42,124 nt of DNA, from assembly GCA_002104905.1 (NCBI GenBank), contig MCFE01000723.1, positions 1-42,124 on the forward strand, read 5' to 3'. Positions 10,470 through 22,778 of this stretch are shown piece after piece (positions within the stretch are counted from its first letter, which is position 1; every line of letters starts with the position of its first letter). A model generated the notes under the pieces. That model had not been told where the DNA came from. It did not search any database and saw nothing but the letters and a program-made list of their open reading frames with translations. Source of the DNA: Basidiobolus meristosporus CBS 931.73 (lineage: Eukaryota; Fungi; Basidiobolomycota). The position numbers and the translations under genes are program-made.

Positions 10470-13400
10470 AGCGAGCAGGCTTGGCGTGTTGAGGTGAGGA
10501 ATGGAATTGCAGGGTGTGGTTTGGAGAGCGCTCAAGGGAACGTTGTCAGTGGGAGTGGAGATAAGTAGCTGAAGCTTTGGTGTGGGGAAGCTGGATAGGT
10601 GGTACAAGACAAAGTGTGGTGTCTGCAAGTCAAGCACAATTATATGTGAGATCTAACGAGTGTATGGAAAATATCGATGAGTGTCCGGTATATATGGGAA
10701 TGGACAGCTGGACGCTTGCAAGGCCAGAAGGAGTGAATAAGAGCTAGATCCCTGCTTACACACTCATCCTTTCCCATCAATCTCTCGTAATCTAGGCCTA
10801 ATGCGCGAGTATTTCTTTGAGTCACATTAATCTTGAGACTTGGGCTATATGCGGCACACCATTGGCTCGGCCGATCGAAGTCAGTTGATTTATATTAGCA
10901 GAATGCTAGATTTACCAGCCAGTACGACGGTTCCTGGTCTCGACTCGAAAACAGTTTGAGACATCAACGTCACAAAGCTAACAAGGCGATGGCAGAGCAA
11001 TCGAGGATGGCTAGCTCTTACCACGCTAAGACCCCGGCATTGCTGGGTGCTTGGAGAGCCAGCGTCGTGAGAGCACAGCCTTCCCGTGTGACTAGGGGGC
11101 GAACTAGGCTGCTGCCAATGACCACTGCATTTGGCACTTCCGATCAGAACTGACGGGTTTTACGTGATGAAGTCGTAATCCCCCACCTACTAGATACCAC
11201 CTGTTTGCCATATTAGCACCGCAACAACCGGCTTAATATATCGGCCCATTGTTTCATCACGAAGCAGCTAGACGTGGACTCGAGCCTTCACGACCACCCT
11301 ACTAGGTGATTCAGGATAGACAGCGCACAGAATCGCTCGATACGTCCAATGCCGACCGCTTACTCTGACTGTTGCTGCCCTTGTCAGTTGGGTGCGACCA
11401 TATCGAGAGCAGGGGAGGAGTAAGATTCGCAGGTGATTGCTGGATGCAACAAGAACGGATCTGACTCGCTGGTTCCTATTTTTGTCGGGATTTTCTCACA
11501 ACGGTCGATGCACTTCCAGTATCAGAGCAAGCACACCACTAGCCACATCCCTTTCCACGTCCAATTCCATATTTGATGAGATGCCTTCCATATCAAAGCG
11601 ACCGATTCTCTACACGGTGATCCAGGTGAACTCCGAGCTCTACTCAGCATGGACCAAATCCGAACGAGTTTGAGGCACCTCTGGTTGCTGCCAAAACGGA
11701 TCTCGCTGCGAAGGAGCGAGCCTTTCGCTAGGGATTCGGTCCAACCGCACGCCCTCAATCGCTACGAGGATGGGCCAGATTCCCTCCGATAGGCCTCGAT
11801 GGAAACTGGCCAAGTTTGTTTGCGTTGCTGGGCCACGATGAGAGGCTTGATAACCACCTCGCCAGCTCTCCGGTGGTAACTTTATTCTGCATTCTAGCTA
11901 AATTCAATCAAGAACCAATTCTGAAAAGAGGCTATTCTCGAATGGGCTCAGAGGGGGCAGCGAGCAATAGGCTCCACCAATCACCGGGCTTCACTGGATT
12001 ATAAATCAAATAAGACTAAATAGTCTACGGATGTCCAAGAGTGGTGGTTGCCTTTCTGGGCTGACATTCGCCGTCCATTCTTGTCGATTTACGAAACGCC
12101 ATGCTGCTTCGAGGGTGGCGACCTGACCCCTCGCGAAGCCCGCCTGCAGCTCCGGCACTTCCCCTCCTGGTGGAGATGGGCCATACCCGCCAGATCACCA
12201 AGATCATTGATCGCCCTACACGATCAGCTGTGGCTACCTCAGACTAGGCTTCAGTAATTGCACCACATCACCAATGGCTTGTTCCACGCTTGTGCCACCC
12301 GGGAGATGAGGCACAAGGCTCAAGGGTTTCGAAACCTATGACTTGACCGGCACCAGTCCTTCAAATGGCCCTGGTAGCCTGGTTGGTTGGGTTGGCCAGG
12401 GCAAGGCGAGAGAGCACAGCAACGAATGCAATGCAAATGCATCCTGGGAAAACACCATGGGTAGCGCTTCCTCTACACTGCACTGGGAAGCATTCCCGAA
12501 TAACCTGAAGGTGGAACAAGATTCCTGTGAAATGAGCACAAGCGGCGTACCAGATCGATATATTGAAAACCTGACTACCGCGATCTAGCCGCATCGCCCA
12601 GCCAGAAATCAAGATGCAATATATCATTCTCAATGGAACAGGTATTCTAGGTTCCAGTGTCAGGTAACCGTTCAGGGCTGGGAGATGGGTGAGCCAATCA
12701 GGCGAAACCCGAAGACAATCTCGCATTATCTGGGCCGTTGCTGTCATCATGCGCACCACCCGGCCCCAAGCTCCAGGGAGATGTATCTTGTCTACAGGGC
12801 AGTGTGTACACCGGTTCTAGGTGGCATCATCAGCACTGCATATGTGGGTTGTACATGCTACATCAGTTGCGTACCAGTTGCGTAGAGGGGAGTTGGGTTA
12901 CTCGAAGTGGAGGGTGATATAAAGGTGAGATTATATCGATCTGCAGAGTACAAACTGGGAGTGAAGGGTGTACGGAATATCTAGAAGCTCGTGGTTCTCG
13001 ACTCTCACTCATGGAACAGCTGGACGTCAGTATGAAGTGCTGCATTCTCGACACCCTGCCTGGAGATGGTAGCGGTTTCAGAAGCTCCGACTAGAGCGTC
13101 CATACCAGAACGAGCGGTCGCATCGACTCGGGGCATTTGGAATCTTGCTGAACCTCTTCGGGCTCGGGGTCGATCTAGAGATTCCGGATGGGTTGGGCGG
13201 ATGATTTCGACGGTTGAGAAATTTATTGTGAATATGGTATATCTTTTCCACACCTTCCCCAATATATCCAGTCGAAGCAGCCGGTTGCCATTTGCAGCCA
13301 GGTCTTGGTTTGGAACCCTCTTGGCTTGAGTAGCAGATCGATCGAGGTGCCTGATTCCCAAATCGTAGGAAGGACACGATGTCCTTGTCATGATTATCCT

Positions 13401-13801
13401 TTGTTGGAAGGGGGAAGGCCGATATATTGGGTTAGGTTTCTGGTTAATGAGATGTCCTTTCCGGATATGGCAAATCATTTGGCGATATTGCGCTGCAGAC
13501 CGTGTCTCTCGGTCACAGCCGACACCCACCGCATTTCCGGGTGCCAGTGCTGTGCAGTTGTGATGATTCATGGTCGTTTACATCTATGCTCTATATGGTG
13601 CATCTACGGGTTGGTGAGACATTTACACAATTCATTGAAGGGGATTTCTCAGCTTCGACTAATCATCGGAAGCTCGTACAGGAAAACAATGAAAGTCTAA
13701 CTATATTACAGGCAGAACGATCTACAAAATTATTAATGGTCGGCAAATCGGGGGATTCTGCTACGGTGGCGCCAGCGACTTGCCAGACTGTGTGCCTCGG
13801 A

Positions 13802-15511
13802 TTATCGGCTGAGTATGGAGAAGACGAAGTTGACTGGCTCCTCCGTGTCGCTGTCGGTATCGTCGCCGAAGCCCGTTTCCGTTTCTAGAAGGCTGAGCTC
13901 TCTAAGATACTCCCGCGTGGTTGCCTCATACTCCTTGATCTCTTGCTGGAACGGCTCGAGTTCTACGAGGGGCATCCACTCGGGCTCGGTTTCTCCACGG
14001 AAATGCACCAGGTAGAACGTCCCATCTACGCGTACTTTCTTGTCAAGAACCCCTTGTAAGATCTTAGAGGGAGCAGCCTTCTCATGGGAGTGCCTTCGCA
14101 GCTTGGCACTGTGGTTGCTGGCCCTTGTTCGTTGCAGACATATCTCGGACTCCGCGACGCTCTCCGCCTCACTCTCCTGGGACTGATCTCCAGGAGTGTT
14201 TGCGTCGGAAGAGGGATGGGCGCCTTCTACATACGAATCCTCATTTTCACTTTCCTCCACCTGCTCCTTCAAAGAAACCCCGTAGTTGCCGGGTACGTCC
14301 ACTGCCTGTGAGGACTGGATGTTTTCGGAGGAGTCGGAGTCTTCACTTTGGCTGTTAGCGACATGCTCGGTCTCTGATATCGGCGACTTGGCGTACGGGC
14401 TTGGCCGGGGCTTCAAAGGTTTGGTCCTTTTGACCGCAGCATGTGTTGGTGTTCTAACGCTCGGGGACATGTTGGACGGGGATGCGTGGTGTAGTAGCGG
14501 GGATGGCGCCAAGTTCGATGCGGTCCTCTTTTTCAAAAATACCGCCGGTGTGGAGGTGACTCCGCCAATGTTGCCGTGCGAATCGGACCTGTATGGGGTG
14601 GCATGGGGTTTTGCATTGGTAACTTCTTCCCCTTCGCTGTCGGTTTCACTGTCACTGCTCTCGGAGCCTTGGGACTCATGCTGACTACTGGATGCGGATA
14701 TCTCAGGCTCGCTCTCGGAGATTACATCCGATGAGTCATCCGAATGACCACCGCTTTCTGAATCGGAATCTATACTCGCTCGACGGCTCTCTGGGAGATT
14801 CAGGGGCTCAACCGGATGATCGTAAGAGGCTTGGGCAGACAGTGTAGGTGATCCGTTCGTGGGTGATTCGACATCTTGGGTTTCGGGGATGACTTCATCA
14901 TCGCTTTCAAGTTCGTTGAACTCACTGCTTACCAAATCGGCATTTGTCTCTTGCACGAGAGTGTCTTGTTCATTAAGAATGGAAGGATCATACGACCGAT
15001 TCAGTTCTGGGCTTAAACTGGGCCTTCCTTCTTCTCTGGTTAGCTCTTCCTCGCTTTCGGCGTCGCTCGGGAAGCCCAGTGTGGTTTCTGATTCACTTGA
15101 GACATCCGAGGAGGGGACCTCCAACCCTGGACTCGTTGAGATATACTCATCGGTGAGTTGGCCTTCTTCTTCATGAAGGGGTAGAACTTCTTGGAGCAAG
15201 GTATTTTCGCTTTCTAAGCCTCTATCTATGCATTCATCTTCTTTATCTTCGCCCACATGGGTGCTGTTGTCAACGGTGGTTTCGTTAGAGTCTTCATCGG
15301 ATTCGTCCTCGAACGGGATCTCGGCAAGGATGTCGCTGGGTACTTGTTCGAGGGTGCTGTCTTGGTAGACCGTTTCAGTAGGAGAGTAGTGGGTATCACC
15401 GACGCGAAATCCAACGGTTAGGGTGGGGAAGTGACCTATCTTCGGTCGCTTTTTTAGCTCTCCAGGTGGTTCGAGTGGAGTCACGTATTGAAGGGAGCTA
15501 CGCTTCGGCAT
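13802..15511 (-). CDS. 569-aa acidic/Ser-rich disordered protein with C-terminal chromodomain-like domain
   Basis: Uninterrupted 1710-nt ORF with CACC-ATG context and basic NLS-like KKRPK. C-terminal VLDKKVRVDGTFYLVHFRGETEPEWMPLVELEPFQQEIKEYEA (13922-14065) aligns with the HP1-type chromodomain. The frame is open ~50 codons upstream, so a 5' exon is possible. Confidence 0.85.
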   Translation of the reverse strand: MPKRSSLQYVTPLEPPGELKKRPKIGHFPTLTVGFRVGDTHYSPTETVYQDSTLEQVPSDILAEIPFEDESDEDSNETTVDNSTHVGEDKEDECIDRGLESENTLLQEVLPLHEEEGQLTDEYISTSPGLEVPSSDVSSESETTLGFPSDAESEEELTREEGRPSLSPELNRSYDPSILNEQDTLVQETNADLVSSEFNELESDDEVIPETQDVESPTNGSPTLSAQASYDHPVEPLNLPESRRASIDSDSESGGHSDDSSDVISESEPEISASSSQHESQGSESSDSETDSEGEEVTNAKPHATPYRSDSHGNIGGVTSTPAVFLKKRTASNLAPSPLLHHASPSNMSPSVRTPTHAAVKRTKPLKPRPSPYAKSPISETEHVANSQSEDSDSSENIQSSQAVDVPGNYGVSLKEQVEESENEDSYVEGAHPSSDANTPGDQSQESEAESVAESEICLQRTRASNHSAKLRRHSHEKAAPSKILQGVLDKKVRVDGTFYLVHFRGETEPEWMPLVELEPFQQEIKEYEATTREYLRELSLLETETGFGDDTDSDTEEPVNFVFSILSR

Positions 15512-17180
15512 GGTGATGTCTATTTGGCCACTACCGCTACCGCTGGGACTGGACGTTAATGAGGGGGTTCTAGTTTTAGCCTGTGTTGGGTTTTGCTCGA
15601 AGTTTCGCCAGCAACCAGGAGATTGATTAGGGAGGGGAGTTTCTAGAATCGGGTGATGTGATTAGGACCCACGAGGATTTCAAACGAAGCTGCGACTGAA
15701 TTGGCTCGACCCAGATGGCCTTAACATAGGAACTATCAATAACCAACAAAAGTCGCGTTGTTTTCTTCTCTGTTGATAGGATATCGGTTGATGTGAGCAA
15801 GGCACTTTTTTTTTCCAAATCCTCTGTCGATTTCCTATGCATCCATATTTTGGATGTTCGATTCCTCCCCTCACGATTCTCCATGTTTTTCGTCGGCCGC
15901 TTGATTGGTCCCTGCAGCCGGTCAGGATTGCCATACTAGTTAGCTACTGGATGATCGAATTTAGTCAACATTAAGGATGGAATCGTTGGTGGCTAGCATT
16001 ATGGTTGCTGGTCTTCACTTTGTGCCAGAGAGGTGCACATTGAGGAACAGCGAACGATCACGTCAACAGGTGTACTGCGCTGAGCCTAAAGTACTCGTGG
16101 TGTCCTTAGTCAATCTTGCTTCCCAGGGAGCACCACCACAACATATAGTCTGTTAGTGACACTTTAATTGGGGAGGCAATGGCTAGCTGGGAGATGAGGT
16201 ATCAGCAGACTTAGAGGCCACGTTAATGTACGATTGAGGTTCCCAGCATCCGGCTTCTGAACTTCCGGTGATTGCCATGGGGAGGGTGCTGAGATTTGGC
16301 GAACATGGCGGCGCCGTTCCAAGAATTTCCGAGAATCACGAATTGACCCCTAGCTCGATTCATTGGAAATCAATGCAATGAGTCGAGCTTCCACTGATTC
16401 TCGCACCACACCTATACGTGTGGATCGGTGTGGACGTGATGGCAGGCCCCATTTTTATGCCTACGGGTTGAGCACTCGGTGTTTGGGATATTCAATGATT
16501 TTATTTGCTGGCTAGGATTACCGTATTCACGCTACGGTAAGGAGACTGAAATACTACGCCCGAAATGATACGATGAGAGGCTAAGAGAAGGTGAAGATGC
16601 TCTCAATGGTTGGGTCGCCATCAGAGTTTTGGATCTTTGTCGAGCACTCCGAGTCAGATTGGATCATGCTGGAAATGGCCATCCCTGGTCAATGTGGTGC
16701 TTGAGATTTGTTGACCAAATTCGCACACTGGTTTGTAACCCATCGATGAGAAATCCGGTCCTGAAATGTTTTGTCTTCACTGATTGCCCCCACTGGAAAC
16801 TTGGAAATCAGGTTCGTTTTTAATACTGCCGCAACGTTGAGGGGTGAAAGTGGCTGGCCTCTTTGAGGTGCAGTTGTATTTCTTGAAATTAGCTAGTTTC
16901 ATAACTACTCATGTAGTAGTAGCTTCCACTCAGTTTTCCTGCGACCTTCTTCAAGACACTCCTATCATTACTATTGCCAAGTGGTGTGCTTGATCTTTGT
17001 CCAATACTCAAGAAGTGAAACCTATATCTTTTCTGAGTAATCCCAAACCATTGCCAGATGCCTAAATTGAAATGTCTACTTTCAACAGATTTGCAAACCA
17101 AAAAGTTGTATCACAAGAACTTGTAACAGCAACCATATATAGTCGGAAGTCTAAAATGACCTATGTATCTTAATCAACCA

Positions 17181-17220
17181 TCTTAAGAGTCTTGGACATA
17201 TTGCAAGTGATAGGGAGAAC
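17181..17220 (-). repeat. Left part of an older copia-family LTR split by the 17221-21903 insertion (continues at 21904-22145)
   Basis: TAAGAGTCTTGGACATATTGCAAGTGATAGGGAGAAC matches the first ~40 bp of the family LTR; the remainder resumes after 21903. Confidence 0.82.
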
Positions 17221-17580
17221 TGTTGTAAGAGTCTTGGAGATATTGGAAGTGATTGGGAGGACAAGTAGATAATGTGGTTTTCACTTAATGATTTATTGAA
17301 TGTAAAAGTAGTATTTATACTTTTACATGGTATTGGCATTACAAGCACGTAGAACAGGTTAAGGAAGGTGCCAAGAACATGTGTGCAAAGTTTGGGGCTG
17401 TTTGGACAACTTTGAGAATTTTCATGTTCTGGGTACCTGGTATTTTGGTGAAAATATTCTAAGTAAATCCCAACAAGGAATTTGGTCAGTATTCTCTAGG
17501 ATTTGAAGGTGATGATCTAAGTGACTAAGTTAGGTGAATATTTAGGTGGAAATGCAAATTTTTACAACACTCCCACTCAG

Positions 17581-20500
17581 CTAAATGCTCATACTGACTA
17601 GTCCTAATTTTGACCTAAGATATTCAAACTTGTCTCTAGCTAATGGTTTGGTAAATATGTCTGCAATCATTTCATCTGTAGGACAGTAAACTAAGCTAAC
17701 TAAATTACTCTCTATAGCTTCACGTATGAATTGATGTCTAATATCTATGTGCTTAGTTCTAGCATGAAAATTTGGATTTCTACCTAATTGTATACATCCT
17801 TGGTTATCTTGAAATAAAGTAATAAGCGTTTATTGACATAGGCCTAAATCTATAAAAAGTTTTCTTAACCACATTGCTTCTTTTGTAGCTTCACATGCTG
17901 CCATATACTCTGCCTCTGTGGTGGAAAGTGCTACGGTTGGTTGATTTCTTGAATTCCATGAAATTGCTCCTTTACAATAAAGAAAGGTGTATCCTGTGGT
18001 GGATCTTCTGTCTTCTAAATTTTGTCCCCAATCAGCATCAGAGTATCCCACAAGATCATGTTCTGAGTCCTTATAAGTGTATCTTAAACAGATATCAGCA
18101 GTTCCTTTTAGGTATCTAAAAATCTGCTTAACTGCTGCAATATGATCAGATCCATAATTCTGATTATGTTGGCTGACAGCTCCCACTGAATATGAGATAT
18201 CTGGATGTGTTCCAAGCATGATATACATGAGACTGCCAACCATAGATTGATAAGGAAAGTCAGGGCTTTCAGATGGCACCGAGCTCTCTTGATTTGGTTG
18301 AGTTTTGACCAAGTTAAGGTTTGTCTCCATTGGGGTAGCTGCCAATTTACAGTCTTCCATTTTATACTTCTTTAGTATATCTTGAGTATACTTGGATTGG
18401 CTTAGGGTGATAGTCTGGGTACTTCTGTCTATGGAGAACTTAATCCCTAAGTAGTAACTGAGTTCTCCTAGATCGGACATCTTGAACTGTTTAGATAGGC
18501 TGGATTTAGTCTCTTCCAATGTTGCTAGGTTATTGGTGGCTATAATAAGATCATCCACATATAGAGCTAATAGAACTGGATTTGCTCTATCTGGCTTGTA
18601 GTATATACAATAGTCAGCATTACTCCTTTTGAAACTCAAAGATTCCAAATAAGAATCTATCTTGCAATTCCAGGCTCTTGGTGATTGTTTGAGACCATAT
18701 AGTGACTTTTTAAGCTTGCAGACCAAATGGGGGTTATCTTATTCAACAAACCCATCAGGCAGGTCCATATACACGTCCTCATCAAGTTCTCCATTCAAAA
18801 ATGCAGTTTTTGCATCCGTTTGATGAATAAAAAACTTATATTTGGCTGCAATAGCCAATATTAATCTGATGGAATTAAACTTGGCTACCGGTGCAAAGGT
18901 CTCAGTATAGTCAAGTCCTTTTGTTTGAGAGTATCCTTTGGCTACAAGTCTTGCTTTGTATCTTTCAATTGTACCATCAGCCTTGTATTTTGTCTTGAAG
19001 ACCCATCTGCATCCAATTGATTTTTGGTTGATTAGTAATTTGACTAAGTCCCAAGTTTGATTTTCCATCAGTGCCTGATATTCTTCAGTCATTGCAGATC
19101 TCCAAAACTTTGTCTGAGGGCTATTTAGGGCCTCTTTTACAGTCTGGGGCTCATCAATATGGACTGAATAGGCATAGGCTAAGTTTGTACCCTCATTGAT
19201 ATAGTAATTTGGGCTATTTCTTGTCCAATTGGATCTCCAGGCATTTGATACTGGAATGATCACTTCTGGGATATTCCTGGGCACTGATTCTGGCTAAACC
19301 ACAGTTGTAGAGTCCTCTGGCATGAAAAAATTTTCATTGTTTTGCTCTGATTCAATCCTGACAATTGGTGGACTTGAGATCAAATTTTTGCCATCATCTG
19401 ATGTCATTTTTTGTGAAAATTTTGAATCTTCATCAAACAACACATCCCTGGACTTGATCAGCTTCTTTGCTTTGGTATTGTAGAGTCTGTATGCCTTACT
19501 CTCATTGCAGTAGCCCAAAAATATGCATTTTACACTTTTTGGCTCAAATTTTGACTGATTTCCGGCCAGTTTTTTGGCATATGCTGTACACCCAAATATT
19601 CTTAGATGTTCTGCACTTGGTCTGTATCCATACCATGCTTCAAATGGAGTAGAATCACAAAGTATTCTGTTTTAACTCCTATTTTTAAGATATACAGCAG
19701 TGGCAACTGATTCCGCCCAAAAATCATAGGATAATTTTGGATCATGGATCATAGATCTTGCCATATCAATTATTGATCTGTTAGCTTGTTCTGCTACTCC
19801 ATTTTGTTGTGGGGAGTATGGTACAGTAGTCACTTGCTTTATCCCATGAATCTTGCAGAAGTGGATGAAGAGTTTTCAGGTATATTCTCCACCATTGTCA
19901 GAGCGTATTTTCTTGATTTTTTCACCAGTTTTTCTCTCCACCATAGCTTTGAACTCCCTGAGCTTGGACAGAGCTTCTTCCTTTCTCTCCATGTAGTAGA
20001 CCCATGTGTATCTTGTATAATCATCAATAAAGGTGATTAAATACTTCATCCCGCCTAAGGATAAATTTTGCATAGGTCCACACAGATCTGAGTGAATTAG
20101 ATCAAATATTTTCTTAGTTTTGATTAAACCAGAGCTCTTGAACGGTTGTCTGGCTTGTTTCCCATATATGCAGGCTGCACAGTGCTCCAAATCAGCTGGG
20201 GGATCAATAATCACTCCAGAAATTAGCTGTTCTTTGATCATTGTATGCAAATAATCAAAATTGATGTGTCCAAATCTCCTGTGCCAAAGCATTGGTGTTT
20301 CTTCATTTAAGTTACTTATATTGGCTTCCAGATATGATGGAATATAAGTCAACTTGTATAGATTCTGATCCCTGATGCCCAAAGCAATATGGGCACCATT
20401 TTGGTCAGTGATCCTGCATCCAGAATTGTCAAAACTGAACTGAGTCCTTCTGCTGTAGCCTTGCTTACAGAGAGTAGGGTCTTGGCTATTTCTGGTACAT

Positions 20501-21551
20501 AGAGTATTTCTTTAAAGGTCAGTGTATGGCTTCCTTCACTGCTTCTAAGGTTTACTTGGATAGTTCCTTCTTCCACTGCATCAAGTGTTCTATCATCACT
20601 CATGAAAACCTTCTTAATTGGAATTTCTTGATATTGGGTAAAAAGTTCTTTTTGGTGTGTAAAGTGTTGAGAGGCTCCAGAGTCAATATACCACATCTGA
20701 CAATCCTTGTTTGTGGTCATATTTAGTGCAGATATGAATAGTGTATCTTCTGTTGTTGCAGCATTTCCATATTCAGGCTTCTTTTGCTGATAATCTCACT
20801 TTTTGAGACACCGGTCTGATGTGTGTCCTTTCCTTTTGCAGTAGTTGCAAAACAGGTTGCTGTTGCCTTTGTAGGGTCTTGGGTACCTCCTTTGTTGGTT
20901 ATCATTGCTTATTAAAGCATTTTCTTCTTCCTTCTTATTGGCGCTTGATTTTCTTAACTCTTCATCCAGGAGCCTTCCATATACATAATTTAAGGTCAAA
21001 TCTTCAGTTCTGGACTCTATGGCTGATACAAGGCCCTGAAACTAGTCTGTCAGGCTATTCAGGATGGTAACTATCACATCCTCATCAGTAGTTGGTATGC
21101 CCACAGATTCCATCTCATCTACCAGCAGGGTAATTCTGTTAATTAGATTTTTCATTTCTTCTCCTGGCAGAATCTTTGTAGTAAGGAATTTTTGTCTCAG
21201 ATACATCTTCTTGGCAGCTGAACATGACTGGTAGGTGTTTTCTAATGCTTTCCAGGCATTCTTTGCCGTTTTTGCTGTTGAGCATTGAATTGGCAATTTG
21301 TCCTTGACATTAAGGCAAATGCAGTTAAAGGCACTTTGTTCTTTCTTCTGGTACTTTAAGGCTTCCCCTCCCACATTTTTAGGAGGGCATTCTTCTCCCA
21401 TGACAATATCCCAAAGGCCTCTTTCTTGTAGCAGCATCTTCATCTTCACCTTCCACACTTGGTAGTTAGATCCATCCAACTTTTCAGCAGAGGGAAAAAT
21501 TCCAGTGATAGCAGTAGTAGACATTGCAGAGAGTGACAGCTTGGGGCTCAT
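17581..21551 (-). pseudogene. Copia gag-pol polyprotein with several stops and at least 2 frameshifts
   Basis: LDGSNYQVWK (gag), CNYCKRKGHTSDRC (zinc knuckle), WYIDSGASQH (protease), WHRRFGH / HSDLCGP / RSDNGGEY (integrase), LYVDDL (RT), GYSDADW / STTEAEY (RNase H). Confidence 0.96.
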
Positions 21552-21555
21552 AACC
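21544..21555 (-). promoter_or_regulatory. Primer-binding site complementary to the tRNA-iMet anticodon arm (Ty5/copia half-tRNA type)
   Basis: GGTTATGAGCCC directly after the 5' LTR is the complement of GGGCUCAUAACC in initiator tRNA-Met; it overlaps the gag ATG. Confidence 0.88.
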
Positions 21556-21903
21556 TGTTGTCAGAGTCTTGGAGATATTGGAAGTGATTGGGAGGACAAG
21601 TAGATTATGTGGCTTTCACTTAATGATTTATTGAATGTAAAAGTAGTATTTATACTTTTACCTGGTCTTGGCATTACAAGCACGTAGAATAGGTTAAGGA
21701 AGGTCCCAAGAGCATGTGTGCAAAATTTGGGGCTGTTTGGACAGCTTTGAGAATTTTCATGTTCTGGGTACCTGGTATTTTGGTGAAAATATTCTAAGTA
21801 AATCCCAACAAGGAATTTGATCAGTATTCTCTAGGATTTGAAGGTGATGATCTAAGTGACTAAGTTAGGTGAATATTTAGGTGGAAATACAAATTTTACA
21901 ACA

Positions 21904-22145
21904 AGAACAAGTATAATCTATGATTGTAACCTAATGATTGATTAAGCATCAAAATAGTATTTGTACTTATACACAACCTTGGCAAAGCAAACATGTAAAA
22001 TATGCTTAGGAAGGGCCCAACAGCATGTGTGCAAAGCTCGGGTCAACTTGAATAACTTTGAGAAACTTCATATTCTAGGTATTTGATGCTTTGGGGAGAA
22101 TATTCCAAGTAAGCCTCAACAAGGAGTCTGGTTTGTATTCTCTAG
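21904..22145 (-). repeat. Right part of the older, split copia-family LTR
   Basis: Diverged but collinear with the LTR after position ~40 (AGGAAGGGCCCAACAGCATGTGTGCAAAG...CAACAAGGAGTCTGGTTTGTATTCTCTAGG). Confidence 0.82.
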
Positions 22146-22149
22146 GTTC

Positions 22150-22778
22150 TGTTTTTTGTAAGAGTCTTAGAGATATTGGAAGTGATTGGGAGAACAAGTA
22201 GATTATGTGATTTTCACTTGATCATTTAATGAATGTACCTGATGTTTTGGTGAAAATACTCAAAGTGAATCTCTATAAGGAATTTGGTCAGTATTCACTA
22301 AGATTTGTAGGTAATGATATAAATGACTAAGTTAGGTGAATATCTTGGTGGAATTAGTAATTTGCACAATACTTGCACTCAATTAAATATTCACATCAAC
22401 TAGTCTCAAGTGCAATCTAAGCTATTCAATTATGTTGCTAGCTAATGCTTTGGCAAATATGTCTGCAATCAATTTATCTGTAGGGCAGTGAACCAGGTTA
22501 ACAAAGTTAGTCTCTACAGCTTCTTGTATGAAGTGATGACTAATATCTGTGTGATTGGGACCAGCATGAAAAGATGGACTTTGATGTAACTATACACATC
22601 CTTGATTATCTCGCCATACTGCAGCAAGGGCTTTTTGTCACAAACATTGGTCCCCAAAAAGCTTGCATAGATACATTACTTCTTTTGCAGCCTCACAGGC
22701 TGCTGTATACACCGTCTCTGGGGTGGTAAATTCTACAGATGGCTGCTTTCTTGAGTTCCATTTGATTGCTCTGTGCAG
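22150..22778 (-). mobile_element. Third copia remnant: internally deleted 3' LTR (22150-~22371) plus RNase H 3' end
   Basis: The LTR start and end match the family; minus-strand WNSRKQPSVEFTTPETVYTAACEAAKE is the RNase H motif. Confidence 0.85.

Larger units (their letters stand above)
17221..21903 (-). mobile_element. Full-length Ty1/copia LTR retrotransposon, inactivated
   Basis: LTRs 17221-17569 and 21556-21903 (TGTTG...CAACA; about 12 substitutions and 1 indel, ~96%). Perfect 5-bp TSD AGAAC. PBS GGTTATGAGCCC (21555-21544). PPT at 17570-17578. Domain order gag-PR-IN-RT-RH. Confidence 0.98.

Noticed and set aside
11163-11261. GTGATGA C-box-like motif with a 9-bp inverted repeat (snoRNA or hairpin candidate)
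   Set aside because: No suitably placed CTGA D box or recognisable rRNA guide; a 9-bp stem can arise by chance.
15793-15916. Plus-strand GTGAGC...CTGCAG intron-like segment
   Set aside because: No flanking open frames on the plus strand; it lies in the upstream region of the minus-strand gene.
8260-16313. ETS-like ACTTCCGG (8260, 16261) and YY1-like AACATGGCGGC (16302) motifs
   Set aside because: Short motifs picked post hoc in GC-rich DNA; the cognate factors are mainly metazoan and no transcript evidence is available.
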